From a virus (Duplodnaviria; Heunggongvirae; Uroviricota; Caudoviricetes), in the IMG/VR virus record IMGVR_UViG_2531839476_000012: a stretch of 26,095 nucleotides of DNA. One strand, written 5' to 3'. A program made the position numbers and the translations under genes. Positions 1 through 7,980 of this stretch are shown here, one piece after another. The notes under the pieces are model-generated. The model was not told where the DNA came from, searched no databases, and worked only from the letters and a program-made list of their open reading frames with translations. Within the stretch, counting starts at the first letter, position 1. Each line of letters starts with the position of its first letter.

Positions 1-1164
1 TTACGCCTTCTTTATATCCTCCATAATTCCACAGTGGGACATATTTGGGACATTATCACCAAAAATGTCGTCTATTTTCCTTGCATGCTCTGTCAAATGA
101 TTAGGCGCAAGGTGAGCATACCTACGAACCATTTCTATGGACTCCCATCCGCCCATTTCCTGAAGCACAGATAATGGGACGCCTGACTGGATCAGCCAGC
201 TTGCCCAGGTGTGTCTGAGGTCATGGAAACGGAAATCTTCAATTCCTGCACGACGACAAGCTGATAGCCATGATGTCTTGCTGTCGATGCGCATCTTCCT
301 GACCGCAGGCGTTGATGTTCCATCTGCTCGCTTAGCCGCCTTGGTATGTACAAACACCCATTTGTGATGCTTGCCTATTTGATCACGCAACACTTTACAG
401 GCGGTATCGTTCAGCGCCACACCAATGGCGCGGTTTGATTTGCTCTCTTCTGGATTCACCCAGGCAACTCGTCGCTGCATGTCGATTTGTTGCCATTCCA
501 GATTTATGATGTTCGACTTTCTCAGACCAGTTGCCAGCGCAAACTTGACGACAGATTTCAGTGGTTCGGGGCACTCATCAATAAGGCGTTTTGCTTCCTC
601 CTTTTCCAGCCATCTGACTCGCTTGTTTCTGACCGCTGGTATCTTGATGACAGGCGCTTTTTCCAGCCACTTCCAGTCGCGTTCTGCAGCACGGAGAATG
701 GCCTTTATCATGGCAAGATGCTTTGCCTTTGTCTGAGTTGATACTGGCTTTGGTTCATAAACAGGCGGTTCTTTACCTTTCCTGATGGCGGCCTGAACTT
801 TCTGTTTCCATATTTCTTTCGTCTTTCTGTTATGCATTCTGCTTACAGCAGAGTAAATCTTTGCCTCCGAGATATCTTTAAGCCTTATACCCTCAAAATG
901 TTCAAGCCAGAACTCAATCCGGCTTTTATCTGAATCGAGAGATTTTTTATCAGCTTTTTCCTCAAGCCATCTTAGGCAGGCCTCTTCAAAAGTGACATCA
1001 GGTAAATCCCCTAGCTTTTCTACTCGCCAGAGTTCTGCTTTTCGCTTGTCGTGCAACTCCTGAGCTTGCCGCTTGTCCTTTGTGCCAAGAGATTCCTTAA
1101 TTCGTTTCCCGCCCGGGAGCGAATACGAGGCATACCATATTTCATTTCTGCGGAAGAGTGACAT
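1..1164 (-). CDS. int: Phage tyrosine integrase (site-specific recombinase), 387 aa
   Basis: Full-length ORF at the left edge of the prophage; C-terminal catalytic region with conserved tyrosine-recombinase motifs ([19 protein letters not shown]); followed by an xis-like gene. Recalled as resembling DLP12 IntD. Confidence 0.93.
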   Translation of the reverse strand: MSLFRRNEIWYASYSLPGGKRIKESLGTKDKRQAQELHDKRKAELWRVEKLGDLPDVTFEEACLRWLEEKADKKSLDSDKSRIEFWLEHFEGIRLKDISEAKIYSAVSRMHNRKTKEIWKQKVQAAIRKGKEPPVYEPKPVSTQTKAKHLAMIKAILRAAERDWKWLEKAPVIKIPAVRNKRVRWLEKEEAKRLIDECPEPLKSVVKFALATGLRKSNIINLEWQQIDMQRRVAWVNPEESKSNRAIGVALNDTACKVLRDQIGKHHKWVFVHTKAAKRADGTSTPAVRKMRIDSKTSWLSACRRAGIEDFRFHDLRHTWASWLIQSGVPLSVLQEMGGWESIEMVRRYAHLAPNHLTEHARKIDDIFGDNVPNMSHCGIMEDIKKA

Positions 1165-1391
1165 TTTCTTTCCTCTGTTATGCCATCACCCGCGCTCACC
1201 TGGACAGTATGCAGCGGAGACTGAAGCGCCGCAATGCAAGCTTGCCGTGTTGTGAGGTAAGGAGATTTTGGCTTGGTTGGATCTTTACGTGTTGCCTGTA
1301 GGCGGCCTGTTCGTATCCAGTTGGTGGCGGTTGGTCTGGATATCTTAAGAAACTGACAGGCCTCATCGAGTGTGAGGCTGTATGGCTCCAT
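1020..1391 (-). CDS. xis: Excisionase-like (AlpA/Xis-type HTH) protein with an unusually long C-terminal tail overlapping int; possibly degenerate
   Basis: ATG at 1391 overlaps the upstream stop (TAATG coupling). N-terminal ~65 aa ([31 protein letters not shown]...) looks like a small DNA-binding excisionase; the frame then continues 145 nt into the int coding region with low-complexity sequence. Confidence 0.55.
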   Translation of the reverse strand: MEPYSLTLDEACQFLKISRPTATNWIRTGRLQATRKDPTKPKSPYLTTRQACIAALQSPLHTVQVSAGDGITEERKCHSSAEMKYGMPRIRSRAGNELRNLLAQRTSGKLRSCTTSEKQNSGE

Positions 1392-1696
1392 TATTTCACC
1401 TCTTGCTGTGTCATTGTTGAAAAATGGATACCAGCTCGTTGCTGCCAGACGATCCAACCGAGAGTCATATCCCATGCCATGTATTCGTTATCGCCGTTTT
1501 TTACTCTCCGACGATCTACTAAGTCACCGAAACGCTTTTCCATGAATAATTCATAGGCTTCGCGTTCATCTGGCTCTACTTCCAGAGATACGAGTGCGAT
1601 TTCATAAGCACGGCGCTCAATATCGTCTCGAACCTCTAGGCTGCTGATTCGTTCTTTGATTTCTTTAATCAGTTCTTTATTGGTAAATGTGGTCAT
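1391..1696 (-). CDS. yfdT: Hypothetical early protein, 101 aa (YfdT-like by length and position)
   Basis: ORF in operon orientation, translationally coupled on both sides (overlapping stop/start codons at 1696 and 1391). Confidence 0.6.
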   Translation of the reverse strand: MTTFTNKELIKEIKERISSLEVRDDIERRAYEIALVSLEVEPDEREAYELFMEKRFGDLVDRRRVKNGDNEYMAWDMTLGWIVWQQRAGIHFSTMTQQEVK

Positions 1697-2058
1697 TATG
1701 CTCCAGCCTCCGGTGCTTTTGGCATTACTGCCCAGTGAGTGATATTGACGTTTTCAAGGTCCCCGACCTGAAATGTCCACTGCCATTCTCCGGTTTCTTT
1801 TTGTCCCCAGGTGTACCAGAGAGAACGCCAGCCAATCAGCCAGCCTTCTCCATTAGCATCAAATAACAGAACACTTTCATTTGCTGGTGGCAGTTCAGCT
1901 GACACTGGTATTATTTTGTTTTCCAGTGCCGCACATTTAGCTTCAAGCGCGTCGAATTTACGTAACAGGTACTCAGCATTTGTTTCGTTCACTTTCAGAT
2001 CTCGCGGTACACATTTCCCGCGAAGAAACCCTTCCATTTCGAAAACATTCATGCGCAT
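1696..2058 (-). CDS. yfdS: Hypothetical early protein, 120 aa (YfdS-like)
   Basis: ORF in the same leftward operon; length and position match the CPS-53 YfdS pattern as recalled. Confidence 0.6.
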   Translation of the reverse strand: MRMNVFEMEGFLRGKCVPRDLKVNETNAEYLLRKFDALEAKCAALENKIIPVSAELPPANESVLLFDANGEGWLIGWRSLWYTWGQKETGEWQWTFQVGDLENVNITHWAVMPKAPEAGA

Positions 2059-2585
2059 TTGCGTAACTCCGATAAATCGTTAAAACGTTCCATAAACATC
2101 CCGTAGGCATGACCCGGTGCCAGTGGAATCACGTTGAACATCTCTGTTGCCGGGATGCCTTCCAGTACAGGCCAGAAAGAGCCATCATCAAGCCCGAGAT
2201 CGCGGCGTTCGGTTGCCAGCATGATGAGATCGGCATATTTCACGGGTGTACTCATAACTGGGGATAACCCGTATTTCTCACGGATTACGGCGTCTATTTT
2301 TTCTTCCATCCGTTTATAGTCAGGAAGAAGGCGTTTCAGTGGTGCGGGAATGTCCTGGCAATACGCTTCTGTTGCATCATGCATTAACGCTTCAAAAGCA
2401 AATTCCTGCGGCACCAGCTGGCTGCAAAGAACCGCATGTTGGGCGACGCTGTAGAAGTGCGAAAGATGACCGGCAAAGCGACAGATATTTGAAAGGGAAA
2501 CCGCGATATCGTTAATATCGATGTCGTCTTTATTTATCTTGTCATAATAAAAATGCTTCCCGGAAAAAGTTTTAATAAATGACAT
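2049..2585 (-). CDS. yfdR: HD-domain phosphohydrolase (YfdR-like, 178 aa)
   Basis: H...HD metal-binding motif (SVAQHAVLC...ALMHDATEAY); ATG at 2585 preceded by a GGAGA Shine-Dalgarno; the longer GTG-start version in the ORF track is less likely. Confidence 0.8.
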   Translation of the reverse strand: MSFIKTFSGKHFYYDKINKDDIDINDIAVSLSNICRFAGHLSHFYSVAQHAVLCSQLVPQEFAFEALMHDATEAYCQDIPAPLKRLLPDYKRMEEKIDAVIREKYGLSPVMSTPVKYADLIMLATERRDLGLDDGSFWPVLEGIPATEMFNVIPLAPGHAYGMFMERFNDLSELRKCA

Positions 2586-2712
2586 TTTGTTCTCCACGTA
2601 TATGCACTGCACCGCGCTGAATTCTGGTAAAAGGAAGCCCTCACCATCCGGTGATTATTGAGTTAATTACGTTTCCATAAATGCCCCCGCAGGGGCATTT
2701 GCAGTAATGAAA

Positions 2713-3537
2713 TCAGGCGGTGAAAGTACCAATAAAGGTTTCTACTTTGCTGTCTTTGAATTTCTCAACAAGCAGATCACGAAATTCGTTAGCCATTTCT
2801 TCCTGCACCGCTTCCAGCTGAATAATGCGCAGAACCAGTACAGGACGATCGCCAGTGATAATGCTGAGGCGTAATTTAAACGGACGTTCTTTCAGACCTT
2901 CAAACGGAACGCATTTAAATTCAAATGCCACTGGCATAATGTCTTTGGTCTTCGCTTCGACAGACTCCATCAGGGAGCGTTTGCCGCTGAAGTCATTATC
3001 TTCAAAATCAGCGGTCTGGTTTGCTTCAATCGTGATTTTACGGACTGCCGCAGCCGCTTTTGTTGCTTGAATGGCGTCACCATTAGCATCAAAGCCCACA
3101 AGGTAGTCGGCCCAGTCTTCGATCCATTCTGCCAGTGACTTCTGGGAGTTACGCTCGCCGTTAACAGACAACAGAGCAGAGAACGGTGCTGTCTTTTTCA
3201 GTTTGAGAGTGGCAGTGTTATCTGCGTGACCTGGCTCATCAATAGTACCCAGGTTAAGCACACTGACGGCACGCATATTATCGGCATCGATAAAGCAGCG
3301 GGTGCCTTCATCTGCAAGATCTTTAGAATAACGGGTAAAATCATCGATGCTGGCAGTGGAAAGTGCACCACGGAAACGGAAGCGATTTAAATTAAATTTT
3401 TCCAGATCATGAATGCGGAAATTCTCAGGCAATGCCACAGCATCGGCACCAATCTTACTGATAATTTCATTAACACTCTGAGCAGAAATAAGGGCATGGA
3501 TTTGATTAATTGCGGTTGCGTCTAAGTTCTGAGACAT
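2713..3537 (-). CDS. yfdQ: YfdQ-family (DUF2303) prophage protein, 274 aa
   Basis: Full-length ORF; sequence and length recalled as matching the CPS-53 YfdQ family; same operon orientation. Confidence 0.75.
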   Translation of the reverse strand: MSQNLDATAINQIHALISAQSVNEIISKIGADAVALPENFRIHDLEKFNLNRFRFRGALSTASIDDFTRYSKDLADEGTRCFIDADNMRAVSVLNLGTIDEPGHADNTATLKLKKTAPFSALLSVNGERNSQKSLAEWIEDWADYLVGFDANGDAIQATKAAAAVRKITIEANQTADFEDNDFSGKRSLMESVEAKTKDIMPVAFEFKCVPFEGLKERPFKLRLSIITGDRPVLVLRIIQLEAVQEEMANEFRDLLVEKFKDSKVETFIGTFTA

Positions 3538-3602
3538 AATAAGTCCTCACTATATAAAGATATTCAGTGATGAGATAAATAATCAGTTTATTACGAACGA
3601 TA

Positions 3603-3965
3603 TTAACGACCTGCTGCGCGGAGTTTTCCGTCAGGTTCACCGGCAAGAGTCAGTAATTGTCCCTGGTCTTCCTGCAGAATAGTCAGGCGACCACCGCGAT
3701 TGACATACATCGGCGTTTCGGTGGTGTCTTCTTCGGAAATTTTCCCGCGGTTAGTTGGGCGAACATATGAGAGTTTGTGTTTGATTTTCACACGGTTCTC
3801 ATCAAACGGTTCGATTTCCAGATTGAGTGAGACCTTCCCTTTGGTTTTCGTGTTCATCACACCGGAAGCGACCTCACTGAGAACTGCGCCGATTTTGGTT
3901 TCAAATACGCCGCCGTCCAGCTCCCCGATAAATGCCTGCACATCAGTACTGCGTTCGCTAGCCAT
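3603..3965 (-). CDS. yfdP: Hypothetical early protein, 120 aa (YfdP-like)
   Basis: Internal ATG at 3965 with a strong GAGGAG Shine-Dalgarno 7 nt upstream; the 175-aa extension in the ORF track lacks an RBS and runs into a structured non-coding region. Confidence 0.7.
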   Translation of the reverse strand: MASERSTDVQAFIGELDGGVFETKIGAVLSEVASGVMNTKTKGKVSLNLEIEPFDENRVKIKHKLSYVRPTNRGKISEEDTTETPMYVNRGGRLTILQEDQGQLLTLAGEPDGKLRAAGR

Positions 3966-4375
3966 TTTGCTGCTCCTCATCATATCGACCCTGCAAGGTC
4001 GGTTGGTTTCTCCACAAAACAGAGAAGAACACCTGCGGTGGCAGCCGCCCGGATGGATTGGGTTATGAGCCCGTCGTCCGGTGATGCTCTTCTCTGTTTT
4101 GCAAAAAAGGACGGTACCAGCCGGAAGCAAGGGTACAAACTGGTACCGCCAGGACTACACACAGCATAAAGTTGTGGTGCCGGGTGCCTCCCGGTGCCTG
4201 GCGAAGGTTGCACACCAGGCGGGTGGGTATCCACAGAAGGTCGACTGTCAGCCTCAACCTTAACCCGCGTGCGCTGAGCCGCATTCACCACAACGCTAAG
4301 GATTCTCTCTGGTTGAAAATACTTAGCTGTTATGTGCCTGCTTTTAGCCACATCAGGCGAGGTGGACCTGGTTAT

Positions 4376-4421
4376 TCCCCAACAACAAGGATTCGGTTAA
4401 TCTGGATATCCCCAACAACAA
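4376..4421 (+). repeat. Two perfect 13-bp direct repeats (TCCCCAACAACAA) spaced 33 bp apart, just upstream of the accessory gene start
   Basis: Copies at 4376-4388 and 4409-4421 read directly from the sequence; candidate regulator-binding sites. Confidence 0.5.
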
Positions 4422-4435
4422 TAAGAGTATTCAAT

Positions 4436-4951
4436 GTGATCGCTGAATTAACGGCAGCAATGACGGCTATTCGTGAAACAGCCCAGATTGCAAAACTAAT
4501 GAACGAGGCAAAAACTCAAGCTGAAGTAAATGCGGCTATTGGTGAGCTGAACTCAAAGCTTGCGTCTATTCAGCGCGAATGCGTGTCTCTCGTTGAACTG
4601 GTGGGCTCTTATCAAGAAATAAATGCTTCTCTCAAAGCTAAAATTGCAGAATTCGAAAACTTTGAGGCTCAGACGGAAGGCTATATCCTTAACCAACTTG
4701 AGTCGGGTACTTTTGTATACTCGAAGGAGGTAATCGTGAACGGTGGCAGCATAACCATGCATCTTTGCCCAAAATGTTTTGGACAAAAGATAGTATCGAT
4801 ACTTCAACCATTCCCGGTTAGCGAAGATGAGCTTTTTCATAAAAGCAGGTGCCTCCACTGTGAAAATAAGTTTCTGATGAATAAAAATCCGGATTACGTA
4901 TCGCCTCCATCCATTGAGGAGTTGTCCAGAAAACTTAACGGCAATCTGTAG
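4436..4951 (+). CDS. Hypothetical accessory protein: N-terminal coiled-coil plus C-terminal CxxC...CxxC zinc-ribbon-like motif (about 165-171 aa)
   Basis: Open frame ending at TAG 4949-4951. Start is GTG 4436 (AAGAG about 9 nt upstream) or ATG 4460. Heptad-like helical N-terminus (AQIAKLMNEAKTQAEVNAAIGELNSKLASIQRE...), then CPKCFGQ...CLHCENKF. Followed by a rho-independent terminator. Opposite in orientation to the flanking cI and early-left genes. Confidence 0.5.
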   Translation: MIAELTAAMTAIRETAQIAKLMNEAKTQAEVNAAIGELNSKLASIQRECVSLVELVGSYQEINASLKAKIAEFENFEAQTEGYILNQLESGTFVYSKEVIVNGGSITMHLCPKCFGQKIVSILQPFPVSEDELFHKSRCLHCENKFLMNKNPDYVSPPSIEELSRKLNGNL

Positions 4952-4990
4952 ATTACTACTGTTGTGGATATCCAGATTGTTAAAGAGCTA

Positions 4991-5014
4991 AGCGTCCTGT
5001 AGGGCGCTTTTTTG
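4991..5014 (+). terminator. Rho-independent terminator for the accessory gene
   Basis: Imperfect GC-rich hairpin AGCGTCC-TGTA-GGGCGCT followed by TTTTTTG. Confidence 0.6.
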
Positions 5015-5099
5015 TTGCTAACGAATCATCCTGGACTTCATATGCCCCAGGCGGCTACTTCGTGGGCGTCCTGCCTGTTCGTTATCTTTGATATAAAAT

Positions 5100-5113
5100 C
5101 TAACTTAACTTAG
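5100..5113. promoter_or_regulatory. Candidate left operator (oL): 14-bp palindrome CTAACTTAACTTAG
   Basis: Same CTAA(C/G)-N4-CTTAG architecture as the two palindromes in the cI-cro intergenic region; lies just downstream of the cI stop. Confidence 0.45.
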
Positions 5114-5178
5114 TTATCATGACAAGAGAAAACACCAAACTTTTCTTGGTTCGGTGCCTTAGTTAGAGAAGAGAGGTC

Positions 5179-5805
5179 TTAGAGTTCGTATTGAACTCCT
5201 TTGACTACACCAATGATAAGGCAATTACCATTGATAGGGATGTTGGGATACCGAGGATTTAATGGCACTAAAAACTTTTGAGGGCCATCGATGACTAATT
5301 TTTTTACTGTAGCTTCGTTTGTTCCATCAAGTCGAGCGATGACTATTTTTCCATGACGAGGTTCTGCATCTGGATCTACAATCACTGTTGCGCCTTCTGG
5401 TATTGTTGGGAGGCCATTAGGGTTAGTCATGGAGTCACCTTTAACCTCTAATGCAAATGAGTTATCACCAACCTTTAATGATGTATCTACCCACTTGTCC
5501 ACTTCACTAAACACTTCTGCTGCCCTGCACTCAGTAAACTGCCCAGCCTGAACCCACGATATTACAGGAACTCTGCGCATGTTTGTGACGAGTTTGCCTT
5601 CAAACTCAGCACCGTAAAGAATGTAATCTATTGACGTATTGAAGAACTTCGCTAATTTCGAAAGTGCCTCCCCGCCAGGGGTATTGATGTCTTTCTCCCA
5701 GTACCCCACAGCAACGTCGCTTACTCCACAAAATTTACCCAATTCTTTCTGGGACGTTCTGGTAACTCTTCTCAGAGCTTTTATACGCTGACCAACCGTT
5801 TCCAT
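5179..5805 (-). CDS. cI: cI-type prophage repressor (HTH plus LexA-like S24 self-cleaving peptidase domain), 208 aa
   Basis: N-terminal HTH (TSQKELGKFCGVSDVAVGYWE); Ala-Gly cleavage site (VQAGQF); catalytic Ser in GDSM and downstream Lys (ATVKKL); divergent from the cro-like gene. Confidence 0.9.
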   Translation of the reverse strand: METVGQRIKALRRVTRTSQKELGKFCGVSDVAVGYWEKDINTPGGEALSKLAKFFNTSIDYILYGAEFEGKLVTNMRRVPVISWVQAGQFTECRAAEVFSEVDKWVDTSLKVGDNSFALEVKGDSMTNPNGLPTIPEGATVIVDPDAEPRHGKIVIARLDGTNEATVKKLVIDGPQKFLVPLNPRYPNIPINGNCLIIGVVKGVQYEL

Positions 5806-5827
5806 AGGAGCACCATTTCTTTAATCG

Positions 5828-5890
5828 CTAAGTAATCTTAGTTTTTATTGACCAAAGATAGATTTGTAATTAGCATCTAACAAAACTTAG
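5828..5890. promoter_or_regulatory. Immunity switch (oR/pR/pRM): two 14-bp operator palindromes flanking a -35-like TTGACC
   Basis: O1 CTAAGTAATCTTAG (5828-5841); O2 CTAACAAAACTTAG (5877-5890); TTGACC at 5848-5853; GGAGGG RBS for cro at 5894-5899. Confidence 0.6.
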
Positions 5891-5902
5891 TTTGGAGGGC
5901 GT

Positions 5903-6103
5903 ATGACAACTGACGATATCGAAAGCTACTTCGGCAGTATTGAGAAAGTTGCTGCTTTTTTCGGCATAACAACTGAAGCCGTTTATCAGTGGCGAAACCG
6001 TCCGGGCCAGTTAATTCCAAAAGGACGTGCAGCAGAAGCTGCATATAGAACTTGCGGACGGTTGCCATTTAAACCTGAGCTTTATGAAAAATCTAATGGA
6101 TAA
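5903..6103 (+). CDS. cro: Cro-like small DNA-binding regulator, 66 aa
   Basis: Divergent from cI across the operator region; GGAGGG Shine-Dalgarno; small basic protein with an HTH-like segment (ITTEAVYQWRNRPGQ). Confidence 0.75.
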   Translation: MTTDDIESYFGSIEKVAAFFGITTEAVYQWRNRPGQLIPKGRAAEAAYRTCGRLPFKPELYEKSNG

Positions 6104-6692
6104 ATCGATTAACAGAAACCACAGAACGATGAGGCTAACCGTGGGTAAGCATCACTGGAAAGTAGAAAAACAGCCTGAGTGGTACGTGAAAGCTGTCAGA
6201 AAAACTATCGCAAAGTTGCCGGGTGGTTACGCTGAAGCAGCTGACTGGCTGGATGTAACAGAGAACGCATTATTTAACCGCCTTCGTGCCGATGGCGATC
6301 AGATTTTCCCGCTGGGATGGGCAATGATTTTGCAACGTGCTGGTGGAACTCACTTCATTGCTGACGCAGTGGCGCAGTCTGCAAATGGCGTCTTTGTGTC
6401 TCTTCCTGACGTCGAGGATGTGGACAACGCCGATATTAACCAGCGCCTGCTGGAAGTCATTGAACAGATCGGCAGTTATTCAAAACAGATTCGTTCAGCA
6501 ATTGAAGACGGTGTAGTGGAACCGCATGAGAAGACAGCAATTAACGACGAGCTGTACCTCTCAATTTCGAAGCTGCAGGAGCATGCAGCACTGGTCTACA
6601 AAATTTTTTGCATTTCAGAAAGTAATGACGCCCGCGAGTGTGCAGCTCCGGGCGCCGTGGCGTGTCGTGACTGTGGAGAAACTAACGCATGA
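6084..6692 (+). CDS. Hypothetical early regulatory protein in the cII position (about 199-202 aa)
   Basis: ORF directly downstream of cro in the rightward operon. Start is ATG 6084 or ATG 6096, both overlapping the cro 3' end. C-terminal CxxC-like motif (CRDCGETNA). Assignment is by position only. Confidence 0.5.
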   Translation: MKNLMDKSINRNHRTMRLTVGKHHWKVEKQPEWYVKAVRKTIAKLPGGYAEAADWLDVTENALFNRLRADGDQIFPLGWAMILQRAGGTHFIADAVAQSANGVFVSLPDVEDVDNADINQRLLEVIEQIGSYSKQIRSAIEDGVVEPHEKTAINDELYLSISKLQEHAALVYKIFCISESNDARECAAPGAVACRDCGETNA

Positions 6693-7027
6693 ACAGTTTA
6701 ACAACACACTACCGTCGCTCGCAACTGATTGCGCTTCCTGTACCGGGTGGAAAAGCGAAGGTGGAGTATTGCTATGCAGTAAATGTACCAGGTGACAGGG
6801 AAATTGTAACCCACAGCTTTGCAGAGTGGGCTGTGGGTGATTTCAACCGGCAGAAGGAGACAGTCCTTTGCGACAAGTTAACCGCTGGTTCAAAGATCAC
6901 TACGGAGTGCCCGTCAGAGTCATTCGTTGGGAGCCGGAAACACAACGTGTTATCTACCTCCGCGAAGGCTATGAGCATGAGTGCTTCAGCCCGCTCGAAC
7001 AGTTTCGTCGTAAATTCAGGGAAATAG
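6689..7027 (+). CDS. Hypothetical protein, 112 aa, with a suspect low-complexity C-terminal half (possible frameshifted gene)
   Basis: ATGA start/stop overlap with the upstream gene. The second half is Ser-rich, while an alternative frame over the same DNA reads a more protein-like sequence (see 6868-7047). Confidence 0.35.
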   Translation: MNSLTTHYRRSQLIALPVPGGKAKVEYCYAVNVPGDREIVTHSFAEWAVGDFNRQKETVLCDKLTAGSKITTECPSESFVGSRKHNVLSTSAKAMSMSASARSNSFVVNSGK

Positions 7028-7047
7028 AGGTCGGTCATGAGCACTAA
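6868..7047 (+). CDS. Candidate small ORF (59 aa, TTG start) or displaced C-terminus of the preceding gene
   Basis: Perfect AAGGAG Shine-Dalgarno at 6854-6859, 8 nt before TTG 6868. Translation [59 protein letters not shown], ending TAA 7045-7047. Below the ORF-track size cutoff. Confidence 0.35.
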   Translation: MRQVNRWFKDHYGVPVRVIRWEPETQRVIYLREGYEHECFSPLEQFRRKFREIEVGHEH

Positions 7048-7978
7048 ATTAACCGGCTATGTATGGGATGGTTGCGCTGCATCAGGCATGAAATTATCCA
7101 GCGTGGCAATTATGGCCCGCCTGGCTGATTTCAGTAATGACGAAGGTGTGTGCTGGCCATCAATTGAAACCATTGCCCGCCAGATTGGCGCGGGGATGAG
7201 TACCGTCAGAACGGCTATCGCACGGCTGGAAGCAGAAGGCTGGTTAACGCGTAGGGCGCGTCGCCAGGGTAACCGCAATGCGTCGAATGTTTATCAGCTT
7301 AACGTTGCGAAGCTTCAGGCAGCGGCATTTTCTCAACTGTCAGATTCTGACCCGTCAAAATCTGACGCATCAAAATCTGACCCGTCAAAATTTGATGCGT
7401 CGAAATCTGGCAAAAAAGCGGGTTTTCACCCGTCAGAATCTGGTGGGGATCCGTCAGTAAAATCAAAACATGATCCGTCAGATAAAAAAACTTCTCGTCC
7501 GGACGCTTCGCAACCGGACACGCAGACGGCTGAACAGGATTTTTTAACTCGCCATCCTGATGCGGTTGTATTCAGCCCTAAAAAGCGCCAGTGGGGGACG
7601 CAGGATGATTTGACCTGCGCACAGTGGCTCTGGAAAAAAATCATCGCCCTGTACGAGCATGCCGCCGAATGTGACGGCGAGGTGGTTCGTCCCAAAGAAC
7701 CGAACTGGACAGCCTGGGCAAACGAAATTCGCCTGATGTGTGTGCAGGATGGTCGTACTCATAAACAAATCTGCGAGATGTACAGCCGCGTCAGTCGCGA
7801 TCCGTTCTGGTGCCGTAACGTGCTCAGCCCGTCGAAGCTGCGGGAAAAATGGGATGAGCTTTCCCTGCGCTTATCGCCGTCCGTCAGCACGTACACCGAA
7901 AAACGCGAAGACCCGTACTTCAAAGCCAGTTACGACAACGTGGACTACAGCCAGATCCCGGCAGGATTCAGGGGGTGA
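7037..7978 (+). CDS. Replication initiator (O-like; N-terminal winged-helix DNA-binding domain, SD(P/A)SK repeat linker, C-terminal domain), 313 aa
   Basis: N-terminal HTH region (SVAIMARLADFSNDEGVCWPSIETIARQIGAGMSTVRTAIARLEAEGWL); internal tandem 15-bp iterons encode SDPSKSDASKSDPSKFDASKS; position after the cII-like gene mirrors lambda O with its internal ori. Confidence 0.7.
   Translation: MSTKLTGYVWDGCAASGMKLSSVAIMARLADFSNDEGVCWPSIETIARQIGAGMSTVRTAIARLEAEGWLTRRARRQGNRNASNVYQLNVAKLQAAAFSQLSDSDPSKSDASKSDPSKFDASKSGKKAGFHPSESGGDPSVKSKHDPSDKKTSRPDASQPDTQTAEQDFLTRHPDAVVFSPKKRQWGTQDDLTCAQWLWKKIIALYEHAAECDGEVVRPKEPNWTAWANEIRLMCVQDGRTHKQICEMYSRVSRDPFWCRNVLSPSKLREKWDELSLRLSPSVSTYTEKREDPYFKASYDNVDYSQIPAGFRG
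7346..7490. repeat. Putative replication origin: 15-bp tandem iterons with internal dyad CGTCA-N5-TGACG, followed by an A-rich tract
   Basis: TCTGACCCGTCAAAA / TCTGACGCATCAAAA / TCTGACCCGTCAAAA / TTTGATGCGTCGAAA in tandem (7346-7405), further CCGTCAG-containing copies to about 7480, then GATAAAAAAA (7481-7490). Confidence 0.65.
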
Positions 7979-7980
7979 TC

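Noticed and set aside
425-741. Two plus-strand ORFs (103 and 84 aa) inside the integrase gene
   Set aside because: Antisense to a well-supported full-length integrase; no RBS; low-complexity translations.
3966-4130. N-terminal 55-aa extension of the YfdP-like ORF (175-aa version)
   Set aside because: The internal ATG at 3965 has a strong GAGGAG RBS; the extension is Cys/Arg-rich and overlaps the inverted-repeat region.
4172-4435. Upstream extension of the accessory ORF (259-aa version starting at 4172)
   Set aside because: The extension is Arg/His-rich with no RBS; starts at 4436 or 4460 give a compact protein with plausible upstream signals.
4553-4858. 101-aa minus-strand ORF inside the accessory gene
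   Set aside because: Fully antisense to the better-supported plus-strand gene, though it could be translated from a pL transcript; no independent support.
7346-7490. Tandem 15-bp repeats considered as a CRISPR array or microsatellite
   Set aside because: Repeats are contiguous with no spacers, lie in-frame within a coding gene and contain internal dyads; iterons of a replication origin fit better.
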